Counted from the first letter of the stretch, positions 1 through 13,827 are shown. The stretch: 64,000 nt of DNA from Stegostoma tigrinum (GCF_030684315.1 NC_081396.1:5642001-5706000), one strand, 5' to 3'. A program made the numbers and translations. The notes: generated from the letters alone by a model not told the origin.

Positions 1-1787
1 GAGGTTACAAAATAATGCATACAGCTTCGTAGTTTTGTTAAAAGGGACTTTGGGGGATTTTGAAATTGTATAAATCTGTCGAAAATGCTTTGACTCCAGC
101 GAGAATATTTTTTCAGGTTTGCACAACGTCCTTTGGGGCGAAAGTAAAGACACAAAAGAGCATGCAGAATCCACAAGAATAATTTCAGGGCCCACAGAGG
201 ACGGAGAGAGAGAGATGAGTTGAAGAAGTTGGGATTATCGTTCTTCAAGAATGGAAGTTTGAGAAAAAAAATCACTCAGCACAAAGAATAATACAGCAAA
301 GGAACGGCCCCTTAGGCCCTCTAAGCTTGATACATTTTACCTTTCCACACTAAAACTGTCTTCACACACGGGATCTGTATCCCTTTATTCCCTTCGTATT
401 CATGTACTTGTTCAGGTGCTTCTTCAATAGTCCTATTGTGTCTGCTTTCACCATCTGCTCTGGGAACGCAATCCAGGCATTCTCCAACCTTTGTGTGAAA
501 AACCTGCATCGCAAGTCTTTTGTCAACTCACCACCAACCGCCCATGGCCCTCTTTCCCCCCGAGACCATCAACTTGTGACCCCTCGTAATTGATACCTTC
601 ACTCTGGGAAAAAGCCGCATACTTTCCACTCTATCCATGCTATTCATCATCTTAAAAAACCGTCTGTGAATTCGCACCTTAACCTTCTATGTTCCAATGA
701 AAACAAACCCAGCCCAGCCAAACTTTCTTCATAACTGATATCCCGCATACAAGGCAACGACTTGGTATACTGTTTGTATACCTGCTCCAAGGAGTTCACA
801 TCCTTTCTACTTAATTACCATATTCGAAATCATGAGGAGTCTGAACAGAACAGATAAAGTGAAATTGCTGCCATTGGTGGAAGGCTCGGGAGCCAAAAAA
901 TATTCATGAACAGAACTGGTAATGGCTACTTCGGAAAAAGGAATTTCAAGGTGAATGGTTGTGATCTCGCATGTATTTCCAGATCATAACAGTTCAGCAT
1001 GGAAAGGCAAACTCGATCAAGATGTTCAAGAGGATATTGGATAATTACTTTAGAATGAAGAGTGTTTAAGGCTGCTGGTAGAGAGTAGTAAATGGTAGTT
1101 AATGAATTTCTCATTCAGAAAGGCATCATGTACATGCCGGGCTGACAAGCCTTCTTCCGTGTTGTTACTGTTCTTTGACTCTCTTCACTGATACTCTGAC
1201 GTGCAAATACATACCGCCCATCCAGGTCAATGATAGCGGATGAGTTTTATGACGATTTGTAGGAACTTAGTGATGTACCACAGAAGAGGTTTTCATCAGT
1301 AAAACAATTCTGAAAGCTGATCATCTTAGTGAGGAGGAGAAAAACCGATTCAAATATTTTTCCAGATGTACATTTCACCAGAAATATACAAGAAGACTTT
1401 AATAAAATCGATGGAAGCAGACAGCACATCCGGTTATCACACTCTCCGCTGTACAGGTGCAGATACTTAGAAAAGGCAACAAATTTGTTTTCTGATTCTG
1501 TGACTTTTGTCTGTTCTCATGAGGATCATTCCCTGTTGTAGTGCGTTTCCAATAATGGTTTGAGTGTTAGGCTACATTCTGAACTCTCCTAACCCATTCT
1601 GGCATTTCAGCCAAATCATGGTCAACAACAAGAAATTGCAACATTTCAAATTTATTTCTTAATTATGATAAAGACAATCCCAACACAGAGTCAAATTAAG
1701 AAAACTGTCTTAGTATCAGAGGTGTTTACATGATTGCCAAGTTTCTGCTCTAATGAGTGCAAATAAACTTCTTTTTTAATTCCACAG

Positions 1788-2097
1788 ATTCCCCTTCGCT
1801 GGTGTCCCGCAGTCCATCTGTACAAAGCTCTGTTCCCGGAGACACTGTCACTTTAAGCTGTGAATATTCAGGATTCTGTCAGTACACAGTTTCCTGGTAC
1901 ACGCAGTCCCCAGGAGGGGGTCTGAAATATTTGCTTCAGAGCTACACATCGGGAGATCAGAATGAAGCAAGTACAGCGGGAGGCAGAATTTCTGCTGCTG
2001 TTGACTCCTCGACAAAAATCAGTCGATTAAAAATCTCCACAATACAACTGAGTGACTCTGCTGTGTATTACTGTGCACTGGGTCGGCGCTCAGCACA
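1788..2097 (+). CDS. Leaderless supporting TCR-delta V exon (NAR-TCR supporting V-delta), copy 1
   Basis: Acceptor ttccacAG at 1786-1787; open frame (D)SPSLVSRSP...LSC-EYSGFCQYTVSWY...DSAVYYCALGRRSAH; extra Cys in CDR1; no leader exon recognised upstream; followed by a 23-RSS. Confidence 0.88.
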
Positions 2098-2136
2098 CAC
2101 AGTGATCGAGAACACAGTCACAGCAGTACAAAAACA
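2098..2136 (+). other. 23-RSS of supporting V-delta copy 1
   Basis: CACAGTG (2098-2104), 23 bp spacer, ACAAAAACA (2128-2136). Confidence 0.95.
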
Positions 2137-2560
2137 GAATGGGAAATGCACGCAAAATGATACAGAGCATGGAGACAGCTGTAAAAACACATGAACATAC
2201 TGGAGATTATGGCACAGTAATTCAGAGCACGGAGGAAGCTGTACAAAAACCTGAACAGAGTCGGAATTATGGAAAAAATTATGCAGAGCATGGAGACAGC
2301 TGTACAAACACATGAACACACTGGCGATTACAACACGGTAATGCAGAGCACGGAGAGAGCTGTATGAAAAGCTGAACAGAATGGGACTTGCAGACAAAGT
2401 TATACAGGACACGGACAGAGTTGTATAAAAAGATGAATACGCTCGAGATTACGATGCCGTAATAAAGAGCATTGATGAAAGAGCCATACAAAAACCTTCA
2501 CGGACTGAGGATTACAGCTACGAAGATGCAAAGAGCAGAGAGAACAGTATGGAAAAAAAA
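2098..2560 (+). repeat. Tandem array of ~8 RSS-derived ~60-bp units
   Basis: Heptamer-like words at 2098, 2153, 2213, 2274, 2334, 2395, 2455, each followed by a related spacer (atacagagcacggagagagctgt-like) and nonamer-like word; the unit at 2213 is CACAGTA-23-ACAAAAACC. Confidence 0.9.
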
Positions 2561-5500
2561 ATTGTGTGCAGTGGTTTGTAGATGTGCAATGTGGGGAATT
2601 TGGGAACCGGATCGGCACGATTTGAATGGCACTAACTGGTTGGTAATCCAATATATATAACGAAAACATGTTTTCTTTCAATGATTACATTTGGTATTTT
2701 GTGAAAATTAACTTCAATTATCATTTACTAAAATTTTGAACACTGTTATTGGAAAATTCGTCGACGAGACAGACGGTATGTTCACTTTTTTTACACAGGG
2801 GGTGGAAGAAGAAAGCAGATACAATGAGCACTTGGAAAATTTCACGACATAAACATACGGGCTAATCAAATGGAGCCCTGGGAAAATAGAGAGTCATGAG
2901 ACTAATTGTATTAAAGCTTCCGGCATAAGGGATGTTGACAATGTGACAGATGCATGAATATTTGATTTTAAATTTTTATTTTTTTTTGTGTAAGAATAAA
3001 CCCCAGTTTAATTGCAGTTGGACAAATATTATCAAAGAAGCTTTTTTATGCAAAAGCATCTAAAACGTGTTTCTCACTGCTCACATGGAGGTCAAGTAAA
3101 AACAATAGATTCAATTGAGCTGAGCTTCAGTCGTCAAGAATTAATCACTTCTATTTGCCACTTTGATGCATCATGGAAGCGATCTTGTTCCATTAAGGGT
3201 GTTGATTTTTCAACTTCCCCTCAGTTTGAAATTACAAGGAGATTTTATTTTTTCTGATTTTATTTCGCAACTAATGTGGCTTGTTTCAGATTTGATGCCA
3301 TCGTGAGAACTTACTCTCCTACTCGGAATTTTCAGTTAGTTTCAGTTTGTGTATACTATGTTGTGGTTTTACTGTTACTCACTGGGAAGTGCTGTGTCCT
3401 GGCAACTTAAATTTCCTACAACCAATTGTTTGATTTGGCCGCATGTTCCCTGAGCCGCTGAACTTTACATTATGTAAAATATACAGGTCAGGGTTAATCA
3501 GCTGTCAATTGGAGAATGCCAAACATTTGTACTCTACACCACCCTGTCACCCCTCTCTCAACAATAAACCCTTTCCACCAAAGCACTTTTCTCTTCTTTT
3601 CCAATCTCCCTCCTGCATTATTCCTGCTCCTGATAACTGCATCAAATCCACCAGTTCCATGCTCTAAATTTATCAATGAGCTCTATATTCTAAATAAGTC
3701 CAGTTTTAAAAAAAAAATTCTTTCCTTATCCGTTGTTATTGAACTTGTGCATTGATAGTTGTTTTTCCTGCAATCATCGACAATATAAAATTTTCAACAA
3801 CCACGTCTTTGAACTCGTTCATTATTTAAAACATTCCGCCTGTTTCAGTGGAACGTGGACCAGTTTGCATTCACTTTTCAGATCAGTCTGCATTGCTGTT
3901 GATCTCTTTTTTCAAGTACAGAGGCAAGTCATTGTTTGGAAGATGCGAACATCAGAAACAGAAACAAGCAGCACATTCCACCTGAAAGGATACTTCCAGT
4001 CAACTCTGAAGAATAAACATGTTACTTTCTTCCACATTTGTGGCTGCGTGAAACAATTTAATTAGCTCTTTTCTTAGTCAGCACTGGTCAGAGTAGTTTT
4101 TTTTGCTCTGAAATGGTCAATATTTTATGACTGTTGTATTTATCAAAACATTCCAATGTTCTCTGACACAAGGGTTTCAAATTATGCACATTGCTGCTGA
4201 GTGGAGCTGGAATGGACAAATTGCCTTCTTCTGTGCTGCACTTGCCATTCAGATCTTTTTGAAAATGGCATTAGCTTCTCCTTGGTTTAGTGCCTCAAGA
4301 AAATTTATGACTTCTATGATAATCTCCAAGTGTTTCATTCGGCATCAACCATCATTGCATTCGCACGTGATCAATTATTAAATGCCTCCAATTGTTCGGA
4401 GATTGCTGCACACTTCAGGAATACGGAGCACTTGAACTAGGCTGTCTGGGCTCACAGTCGACCAAGAACTTTTGGCTTCTTGTTAAGTGTAACAGTGATT
4501 ATTAAACAAGACACTCTCTGAAACAAGTGACTATCTCAATTACGTCTTCAGTCACTCGTCTTTTTGTTTATATTACTCTACACATTCATATTTCTTACTG
4601 CTTAATACAGTACACAGGAAACCAGGCACAGTCTGGTCGTGTCGCACAAAACAATGTCATTGTTCCTATTTCAAATGACTTGGCCTCGATTTTTGTTTCA
4701 CCCAACACTACTTTTGATTATGTTACTCCATCTTCTTTCTCTGTTTATATTGCAGTATACTGTGCTGGTGTGAATACTCAGCTTGATAAAGTGCCTTTGT
4801 AAATTGCATTAGAATCAATCTCAAGCCGCTTCCAAACTGTAATGTGCCATTCTGTATTGCTGTTAGCGTGTCGGCTTTACTGATGGGCTCCTCTCAATAT
4901 GCCTTCTGATTATTTTTCATGATTTTCTCAGGGTAAATCACTGGGCTCCATTATGTCTCTCATGGAGTAAGCCTGTATTTTTTGATTTGAGTCAGCACTT
5001 TGCAAATCTCCACAGTTCACCATGTTTGTATTCATATTGCAATGTGAATTTTGTTAGCTATTGCTGCAAGCCGTCATCTACTGTTAATGCCACCTGAGAG
5101 CTTGCAGTGTCCGATGTTGCATTAATTTTGTCGCCATCACTCGTACTTTTGATGCTGCAGATCTAAGCCATACATCATATATGACGTCACGGAATACAAA
5201 CACTCTTTACACTGCACCAGGCATTTGTAAACTATAATTCCATCTGATATCATGGTGCAGATTCAATCGTTTGCTGCCCCTTCCTGCATGTGTTGTTTAG
5301 CAGAAACAAAAACTGATCTGCAGTTCCCCTTGGTACAGAAGTTGCTTTCAATATTCTCAAATGTACACCCTACTACGGGTTGAATCATGATTGCAAATAG
5401 ATGTGATTCCAATCTCTTGAAATGCTTACGTGATGTTAATGCTGAAATATTAAAATAATTCCAAATAAACTAACGTTACAAGGCTGTCTAAACATAAAGG

Positions 5501-7099
5501 TCTCTCACCCATTACCAATATATACATGTGCCTTCCTTAATCGTGAGCTTCCTCCAATTTAGAACATGGAAGAGATGGGAATGGACTGAATTAGGTCCGT
5601 GATAAAATTTAATCGCTGCATCTAGAAAAAATAGTTACATTTACTATTGGCTTAAAGACGTGATTTATGGTGAGAAGGAGACAGACAGCAGTTCAGCTAC
5701 AAGTATAATAACATCATCCTCCTTACAATATCGAAAAAGAAATGTATAGAACCGTGATCCAAACTGTTTGCTCGGTAGGTTGCAAACAAATGGCAGTTTG
5801 AAACTTCATTGTCCGTCTAACCAGGAATAAATGAGGGAAAATATGAATATTTGGCAAAGCTGAGCTGCACAACTTGGGAAATACTTTCGTTTCTGAAAGG
5901 CATGGCATGGACAAGTTATTCTTCCACTTTATGACGTTTGCTATCCGATTCTCATACTTATTAACATTCCAGGGAAGGAGTAGATCTCAAATAAGTTATT
6001 CACAGTGGTATGAAACCCCGGAAATAATTTATCTCACCTTTCAGGACCTGGATGCATTCTTCTGACATACACCGCTGTATGACCATAAGGGATAGTAACC
6101 AATTACCAATATATGTAGTGCCTTACATAATACTGAACTTTGTAATGATAAGCTATAGTCCATCACTTAAGCTTATAGTTCAAATTATCATGATATATTT
6201 ATGATCATTCTGTTCATTGTATGGCTGAAATATGGAACTTGGTGTGTGGCCTAGTGATGTCAATTTTTTTGTTTAGACATTAGGTTCCAACCTAAAGTAG
6301 CAAACTGCCTTTTTTATTATTGTTATTATCATTATGGGAAGTAATAGCATGTCACAATGTAGCAGCTTGCAATTTCTGCTGTGGTCCTATCGCAGTGCAG
6401 GAAATAGATTCTGAGAGGTCAATCACGATATTAGCTGCAATTTAAGATAAAAATGCTTCTGTTCCTTACACAAATATATAGCGCGAACATTGGAATGAAG
6501 TATTAATTATCGTATAGTTAGATCCAGCTGAGTTTCTTTATTATTAATGCAGGCTTTGGAATTAAGAATTGAAACCTGTAAAAGAGGAATTTGCAGTTGA
6601 TAGACGTTAAGTCTACTGAGCATGTGGCCTTGCCCCAATGTATTGTTCATTTTGGATAGCTATATTTTCAGTCAGTAGTGGAATGGGAGTCTCCCATGGT
6701 AATGTCAACGTTATTTGGCAATCTCCAGTTTCCACATTATTGGAGTGAGCTGTGCCTGCCGCAACAGGAGTGATGAAATTCTTACAGGAGTTTATCCAAG
6801 CATAGCTTTTGCACAAAGATGCACAAATACACAATATTAAATGGAAAATATTTTTGAGGCAGAAGTTAGATTATAAGTAATGTCCGAAACAAAGAAGGCA
6901 CGTCATTGAGAAGGTAATCTCAAATGACTCAGGCTCTAGCAGTTAAATGCATTAGTGACACTGGGATTGATTTCAAAATCAGGAATACAGGACGGAAAAC
7001 AATTAGAGGGACACTGAGACGTAAGAGGTATTTGGAGTAGGACTAGGCTGGCATTGGGGAGATAACGATGGCGTTTTAAATGTCGCAAGATGAGCTTAT

Positions 7100-7470
7100 T
7101 ACTTCTTTCTTTCTTTTCATCTTTCTTTCTATCTATCTTCTTTCTCTCTTTCTTTCTCCCTTTCTGTTATCTTTCTTTCTTCCTCTCTCCCTTTCTTTCT
7201 GCCTTTCCCTCGTTCTCTCTTGTCCTCTTTTTTTCTCTTTCTTTCTCTCCCTTTTTATTTCTTTCTTCTCTCTTCCTTTCTTTCTCACTTCTGNNNNNNN
7301 NNNNNNNNNNNNNNNNNNNNNNNNNNNNNNNNNNNNNNNNNNNNNNNNNNNNNNNNNNNNNNNNNNNNNNNNNNNNNNNNNNNNNNNNNNNNNNNNNNNN
7401 NNNNNNNNNNNNNNNNNNNNNCATTCTTCTTCTCTTTCTTTCACTCTTTATTTCTTCTTTCTTTCTCGCT
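7100..7470. repeat. CT-rich low-complexity tract with assembly gap (N 7294-7421)
   Basis: Pyrimidine-only degenerate microsatellite flanking the N run. Confidence 0.9.
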
Positions 7471-8659
7471 CAAACTCAAGCATTCTCTCTTATTCAAAAT
7501 CTCATTCACATGCACAATCACTCTGTCAAAATCATCATATTCATTAAGAACTCTCTTATTCCCAGTCATTCTCAAACGCACATTAACTCTGTCACCCAAT
7601 TTTTTTTACACACTAGCATGCTTTCACACATGCACTGAAACTGTCAACTCTGAGTTTTGGACATCCTCTTACTCACCAATATACTCACAGAAAGCGACGG
7701 AAAAATGTTTCATCCTATAGTTTTCACTCTCTGGAAGAACGGTCGTCATATTCCAATTATGATCTCATCTTCAGACCAGGCGCTTTACAGGCTTTTGGAC
7801 ATAATATTGAGTTCAAAGCCTTCAAATTATCAATCAATTCCCACTTCAATTGGTTTTATTTGTTGCATTCTCCCATATCTTCCCTTTCTTTTAATTTCAC
7901 TTGTTACATTCTCTGTCGCTATGTCCTCTCTCCCCTCCTGCCACTCTTGTGTGACTGTATTCCCCTTCAAGTCTGGCAGTTAGATAAACCATTTTTTTGC
8001 CATTCTCACATACCAACTACTTAATCTGAACTACCCACATCTTTTCTCTCAAGGATTCTTCACCCCCCCACCCCCAACACCCCAAACTATGGCATTAATG
8101 TTGCCCCCTTCCAGACTTCACTTCAGCTGTGATGAAGTGTCATGTGTACTAAAGCTTTGGCTTGTTCCCTCTCTGCCGATACTGTCTGACTTGCTGTAAT
8201 CTTAATCATTTGATGTTTCTGTGTCGATTTCTACATCACTTTTCGAAGAAGACATTAAACTCATGGAATCTACTCTCCTCTTGAACATCTTAACTCATGA
8301 TTTATCGAGATATTATCAAATTTCTATTCATTTGTTGTTCGCTTTGTGCTCGATATTTACCACAATTCTTTGTGCCAGGACTGGAAGCACACATCAAAAG
8401 TTTTCACGATGTTAAAACTGCTATGACGCCCACAATTATCAATGTCGCCACCACTGTGTTGCACGAGAAAGTGCACAGCAAACAACATTGTAGACCACTC
8501 AGGCCATTGTTGCTGTTGTTATTATTATTATTAACAATAAAAATAATACTAACATTATTATTCACAAATTGTTTAGCAGATGCTTCAGTTGTACCTCCAC
8601 AGCTGACAATGCACATTTATATTGATACTATGCGGCAATCAATGTGGCAGAGGTTGTCC

Positions 8660-9321
8660 AGAACAGGATGAAATTCCCTGAGATGACATATAGTAGAATA
8701 ATAGATTTCCTTCGCATTTCAAACTCTGGTTGCTTGCAATGCCTTCACTGCTCTGACTATGCAGTTTCTTGCAGGCTCTGTTTGTCACCAAGTCATGTAT
8801 AATAGTTCAAGAATTGATCAAGAGAATGAGGACAAATGGAATTACAGGACTTGGAATGTGATGAAGGAACTCGATTGAACCCGAAATAGGAGGCTCAAGA
8901 ATTCCAATTGTTCCACCGCAAAATCCAACTATTCCTCATCCATTAACACAAAATATCAGAAAGTGGTTTTGATACAGTTCAATACAGTCACTGTCACCAG
9001 AAGCACAACTGCTGTTCTCATTGCGCATGATTTACAATTCAACTTCCGACAAAAAAATGACCACAAGTATATCAAAAGTGAAAGCAACAGCGAACAAGAC
9101 AGAACAAGAAGTGACTATGTAAACTACGACAACATGGATATTGCACACAGTGACAGAATACAGGAAAAGAAACACTGATGTGGAAACGATTGGAATATTT
9201 CTCCACTTTAGGTCAAGAACTATAATTGTAGATGCCCTGCAACCAGCGCCGAAAGGTACTGGATGCTACATTTGGAGAATGCTTTTTCAATGAAACGATG
9301 CTGAAATAGTCAGTAAGTTAA
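8660..9321 (-). pseudogene. GPR139-like class A GPCR pseudogene, copy 1
   Basis: Paralog of the 47 kb copy; minus-strand acceptor ctttgcAG then VNLLTI; remnants of TM3 (FTFDILVVI) and TAVVLLVTVTVL-like segment; stops and frameshifts. Confidence 0.7.
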
Positions 9322-9918
9322 CTGCAAAGAAATGTATGTAAAAACAAACTTTAAGTCAGCTTGGAAGCAAACTTACCAGCTTGATTGTGTATATGTTAAG
9401 ATTATTTTTGCATTAATGTGGCCAGTGAAGGACTAAAATAATTTCAACTTTCACAACATTTATTCCTAGATAAAATAATTCATCTTTCAACAAAATCTGC
9501 CCCTTAATACAAAATAGTATGAGGATGAAATAGCACAGAATTAATAGCACTTCAGGTATTGAAGCAAATTGATAATCTGCTTACAGTGCGCAGTAGAAGA
9601 GAATTGAAAGTTTCAGAAACAATCAGCATCCAGCGAGTTGAGCAAAAGTATGAGAAGTTGGAAAGAACTCAGTTAAGCAGTTCAGAACAGGCTGGGTGGT
9701 TTTGATCGGAAATCAAATCAATCAACGCATCTGATCATTATTCATTGATTACCAGGGAATCAAGCAGGCCTTTTTTTTACATAATGAATTGACTGTGGAT
9801 TATTTGTGAGACACCAATCCAAATCCTGCTTCTCATCATTATCTATCACTTACTTGTTAAGTGTGGCATAAAGCTTTGGCTACAAAGTGAACAGATAGTA
9901 TACTTAAAACATTGGACG

Positions 9919-10371
9919 ATGGAAATGAAGTTGAAATGCAATGCGTTACTAATTCATAGTTTTATACCCGGAAGGGTGACACTGAGCAGTCACCTGTGAA
10001 CTGCAATCTGTGACGAGAATTTCCACCTTGCAATTACTTGTACATTCCACTAGAGTGAAGTGTGAATCTGTGGTTAGTGTTGAAAGTGAGAGCTCGAGAA
10101 GGAATGACCTTCCAGACAGTTAAAAACAGTAGTCAGTGTGAAACACCCTGGGCCATATCTTCTTCTGTAACTTCAACAAGAAGTTAGAAGTGAACAGAGC
10201 TTTGTACCAGATGCTCATTCTTATCAATTGAGCATCTAGTGATGGCCAGAAGAGAAGCCGACCAGCTTACGAGGGTAACCACTTCAATCAGTGGAGACTA
10301 CAAAACCAGTACACTGACTGTGAGAGAGACCAGAATTAATGACACTGCCACCTACATTTGTGCCAGTGAGA
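9919..10371 (+). pseudogene. TCR alpha/delta V pseudogene
   Basis: Leader-like MEMKLKCNALLIHSFIP (9919-9970) with donor GA instead of GT; disrupted 5' V; intact FR3 RVTTSISGDYKTSTLTVRETRINDTATYICASE. Confidence 0.75.
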
Positions 10372-10410
10372 CACAGTGTCACCAACAGATGGAGAGTCCA
10401 CACAAAAACC
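10372..10410 (+). other. Consensus 23-RSS
   Basis: CACAGTG-23-ACAAAAACC. Confidence 0.95.
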
Positions 10411-11545
10411 TGCAGAGTGGCAGTTCTGTTATGTTAATTTTGACATGACAGTGTTACTAATTCAGGGCTCCAAAAACCGCGTTTGTGGGGAACGAGGGTA
10501 AAATACAACAGGAAATATGGAGCATCAAAATTTAAAGATGGTCAGGAGTGAATAAAACTGGAGATGCCAATCGAGATGAAGGAACAGTATATTTGCAAAC
10601 ATTTAAGGAAGAAACAGAAAGCGGAGAAATACTCTAATACTACTTTCAGAGAACAGAATGTGAAAAACTATTGAATGAGAAATGCAAGAATGTGAAAACC
10701 TACGATTGTGATGCATGGAAATTAAAGCTCTGTTTAAATTATGAATAAATGAAACATGAAGAAAATTTGAAGGCCTTTCCTTGACATTGTTCATATTTCC
10801 ATCATAGTTAAACGATTTAATCGTCTCAATAATGATTCCTGAAAACTCATCTACTGATAATGTCTCACCCATAAATAGTTATTCGTGGTGCACATTGCCT
10901 GGTGATTCCACCAGAGAATGCTATAATCAACCTCAAATAAACAGTCTACATCAGCTTCTTGTAGACTCTTTGAGTCATTCTCACGACTTGCCTTGCCACT
11001 TCTTTTCCTGTCATTTGTAAACTTGGCCACACAACGTTCGCTTCGGTCAGAATATGGATGTCTTGTTCATGTGTGTCTGCCTTCACACCATTCCCATTTA
11101 GACTTTGATGGACTTTATCACAATGTCTTTTATTTTCTTTAAAAACAATCTGTTATCTTTATTTGGCGCCGCTGGCATTCATCTGTGATATTATGGTGGT
11201 GAGCCATGTTTTGACGCGCTGCAGTGCATCTGTTAATGAGACAGGAGTCACATTTACAATGTTGCAAAAGCAATGTTTAGTTCTACAGTTCCATTTATTC
11301 AGAACTTGCTGGAGTATTTATTTATGTAGAGATAGTAGGAACTGCCGACGCTGGAGAATCTGAGATAACAAGGTGTACAGATGGATGAACGCAGCAGGCC
11401 AAGCAGCATCAGAGGAGCAGAAAAGCTGATGTTTCAGGTCTCGGCCCTTGTTCAGAAAATTTTCTGAATCTTTTCGTGTCTCTGAACGAAAACATTTTCA
11501 GCTTTGACCGGCTCGGCTTACATTCACTGTGATCTCTTTGCAGCC

Positions 11546-11597
11546 ATGTCGCCAAGAGTTCTGTGTTTAATCTTTACAGTTATAGGTTTTCCAACTG
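11546..11597 (+). other. Orphan leader-like exon
   Basis: gccATG, MSPRVLCLIFTVIGFPT, phase-1 donor G|GTAAGT; same length (52 nt) as the leader at 15526; no strong matching acceptor nearby. Confidence 0.6.
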
Positions 11598-11912
11598 GTA
11601 AGTTTGTACCTTGTGGAACTCGATACTTCAGCTGTTTGCAGGGATTGCATTTCAACGAGCAGCTCACCAAATATAGAGGGAAGGCTGCATTCTCCCCAAA
11701 TTGAAATAATCGTCTGGACCCAGACTTGGCCCGACACCTAGCACTATGTGGGTGAATTTAACGAACATCCACAAGTGAAAAACAGTGGATTAGTTAAACT
11801 GGGAATACAAACAACAAGGAGGACATTGAGATGATTTAACGGAGAGGCAAGTTTTAAAACCACAGGACTGTTTGCGGATTTTCTTTCAAATCGCAGTAGA
11901 TGAAGAGGGAAA

Positions 11913-11950
11913 TGACCTCATTAGAAGGCGTGGTCTGTATATTTAAAAAC
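11913..11950 (+). promoter_or_regulatory. Putative V promoter (CRE-like TGACCTCA and TATA-like TATATTTAAA)
   Basis: Motifs 140-170 bp upstream of the fused leader; positional inference only. Confidence 0.35.
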
Positions 11951-12082
11951 TCTTTGCTTAAGCTATCGAAGCCTTTTTCCCTTTAGAGCTGTTGAGTTGC
12001 ATCAAATGCATCCACATTCAATTTCGTTGCCATATTTAGCAGGCTATTGTTCTCGGTGATATGCCCATTCTGGATAATAAGA

Positions 12083-12429
12083 ATATGGGTTTTATGCAAT
12101 TTACTGTTACTGCTGACTCTTACTGGACAGTTGAGAGGAGATTCCATCTCACAGACAACACTTAATATCAAAGTGAATGAGGGAGATGATGTTCAATTGT
12201 TCTGTAATTACGCCTCAACAGAGAGTAAACCTTATTTGTTCTGGTACCGTCAGAACTCCAGCGGATCCATGGAGTATCTGCTACAGAGAAGCAAATATGC
12301 TGGGGACACCCAGGGATTTCCAGGAGGCCGGCTGTCCTCAGAGCTTGATCATGTGAATCGTACTATCCTGCTGATTGTACTTAAGATAGAACTGATAGAT
12401 TCCGCGTTGTATTATTGTGCTCTGAAACC
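12083..12429 (+). pseudogene. TCR alpha/delta V with leader fused in the same exon; start codon reads ATA
   Basis: Open frame IWVLCNLLLLLTLTGQLRG-DSISQ...LFCNY...LFWYRQ...DSALYYCALKP; no in-frame ATG after TGA at 11993; RSS CACTGCA(12430)-23-ACAAAAACT(12460). Confidence 0.75.
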
Positions 12430-12474
12430 CACTGCAACTCCGAACTGGGCAGACCCTGCACAAAAACTATCAGA

Positions 12475-12895
12475 GCGACAGCGAAGGAAGGGCAGGGTGA
12501 AAAGGGCAGAAAATACAAGGAGAAATAAAGACAGATTGAAAGAAAAAAGAGAGACAAAGAGGCAGATGGGTGCAAAGAGAGAGAGGTACCCAGAGAGAGA
12601 GGGACGAAAGGTAACAGGGACAGGGAGAGAAATGGTGCGCAAAAGGGGCTAAAGCAGAGGCATCCAGTGATAGACACAAACAAAGAAAGAAAGAGAGCAA
12701 GGGACAGAGAGAAAAGGAATGGCTGCCAGTGAGAAAGAGAAGGAATGAAAGAAAGAGGGAAGGAGACACAATGAGAGAAAGAGGCAAAGACACAAAGAAA
12801 GAGAGAAAAGGGGACAGCACAAGAGAGAAATAGGGTGAAAGATAGAGCGAAAAGGGAGAACATCGATAAGAGACAAACATGAGTAAAGCAAAGGC
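12475..12895. repeat. AG-rich low-complexity tract
   Basis: Purine-rich degenerate repeat; source of several spurious ORFs. Confidence 0.85.
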
Positions 12896-13827
12896 ATGGA
12901 GCTAATTTTTGACTTTGCAGCGGGACTCAGCTCGCTTGATGGTTTCTCATTCTATTTCCCTCCTATGAAGGACAGTCCCTGCTGCAGTGGGGTTTTGTTC
13001 ACCCTGGCTATTTCAGGGAAGGGAGTGAACCTAATGAAACAAAACCGGCATTGAGATTCCAAGAATAGCCTCATATTCTCTCTCACACACACACAGACAA
13101 AAAACAACCTCTGATTCATATCTCCCGGTATGTTCACGTTACAAAAGAAACTATGGCCTCAGGGCCTAGTTTAAAGCCCCTCACGCCTGGCAATCAAATC
13201 CCTCTCTCTGCCCAGTGTCACCTCATTCAGGCATTCGTCAGTTCTCTCCACCTGGAGCACACCTACCGGAGGTATGGAGAAAAGCAGGAGGGAACTTCGT
13301 GTAATTAGAGGTTGGAGGGAGGATGGAAGTATGAGAGAAAGCAACAGCTGAATAGTTTCGGTTAGACTGCAACTGCCATTCGCTACACCACTCCATCTTC
13401 GTAAACACCCACCACCACCATCATCCACACTACCACCATCGCCAACCCACAAGAATACAGGTCGAAGTTGAATGAATTATTATTTTAACATTGCTACTCA
13501 TGCAGCAATAAATATTATAAGTGCACATTACTTTGGTGGTTAATTCATAGTGAGAATCTAATTGTGATTTTCTTTGTGGTTTTTACGTAAACTAGACAGT
13601 AATGTTCCCCTATCTAGAGATGGAGTCATGGAGTTCGAAGGAAAAGAGCGATGAACCATGGGCAAAGATAAAACAGATAGGCACGGAAAGAACTGCACAG
13701 ATCGGTGAGAGTCCTCAAGAATAGTTGATTGTTCAACAGCTGACCTCAGATTGGAGACATCAGCCAGTCACAGCGTAAAGAATCTGCTGTCAATTTCAAT
13801 GGAAATAAAGCCTGTCTCTGATATGAG

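Larger units (their letters stand above)
1..9852 (+). repeat. Segmental duplication, copy A (paralog at 37675-48272)
   Basis: Collinear similarity from gaggttaca..gcatacagcttcg (1 vs 37675) to cctgcttctcatcattatcta (~9830 vs ~48250), including V-delta, RSS array, CT-rich tract with gap and GPCR pseudogene. Confidence 0.9.

Noticed and set aside
2098-2560. CRISPR-like repeat/spacer interpretation of the 60-bp arrays
   Set aside because: Vertebrate context, no cas genes, and whole units are homologous and match the RSS consensus.
5183-5190. Perfect CRE TGACGTCA shared by both duplicates (also ~43467)
   Set aside because: Not near a leader; sharing is explained by the duplication.
7080-7720. 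Long F/L/S-rich and K/E/R-rich ORFs (also 12381-12897 and 45209-45961)
   Set aside because: Translations of low-complexity tracts and N gaps.
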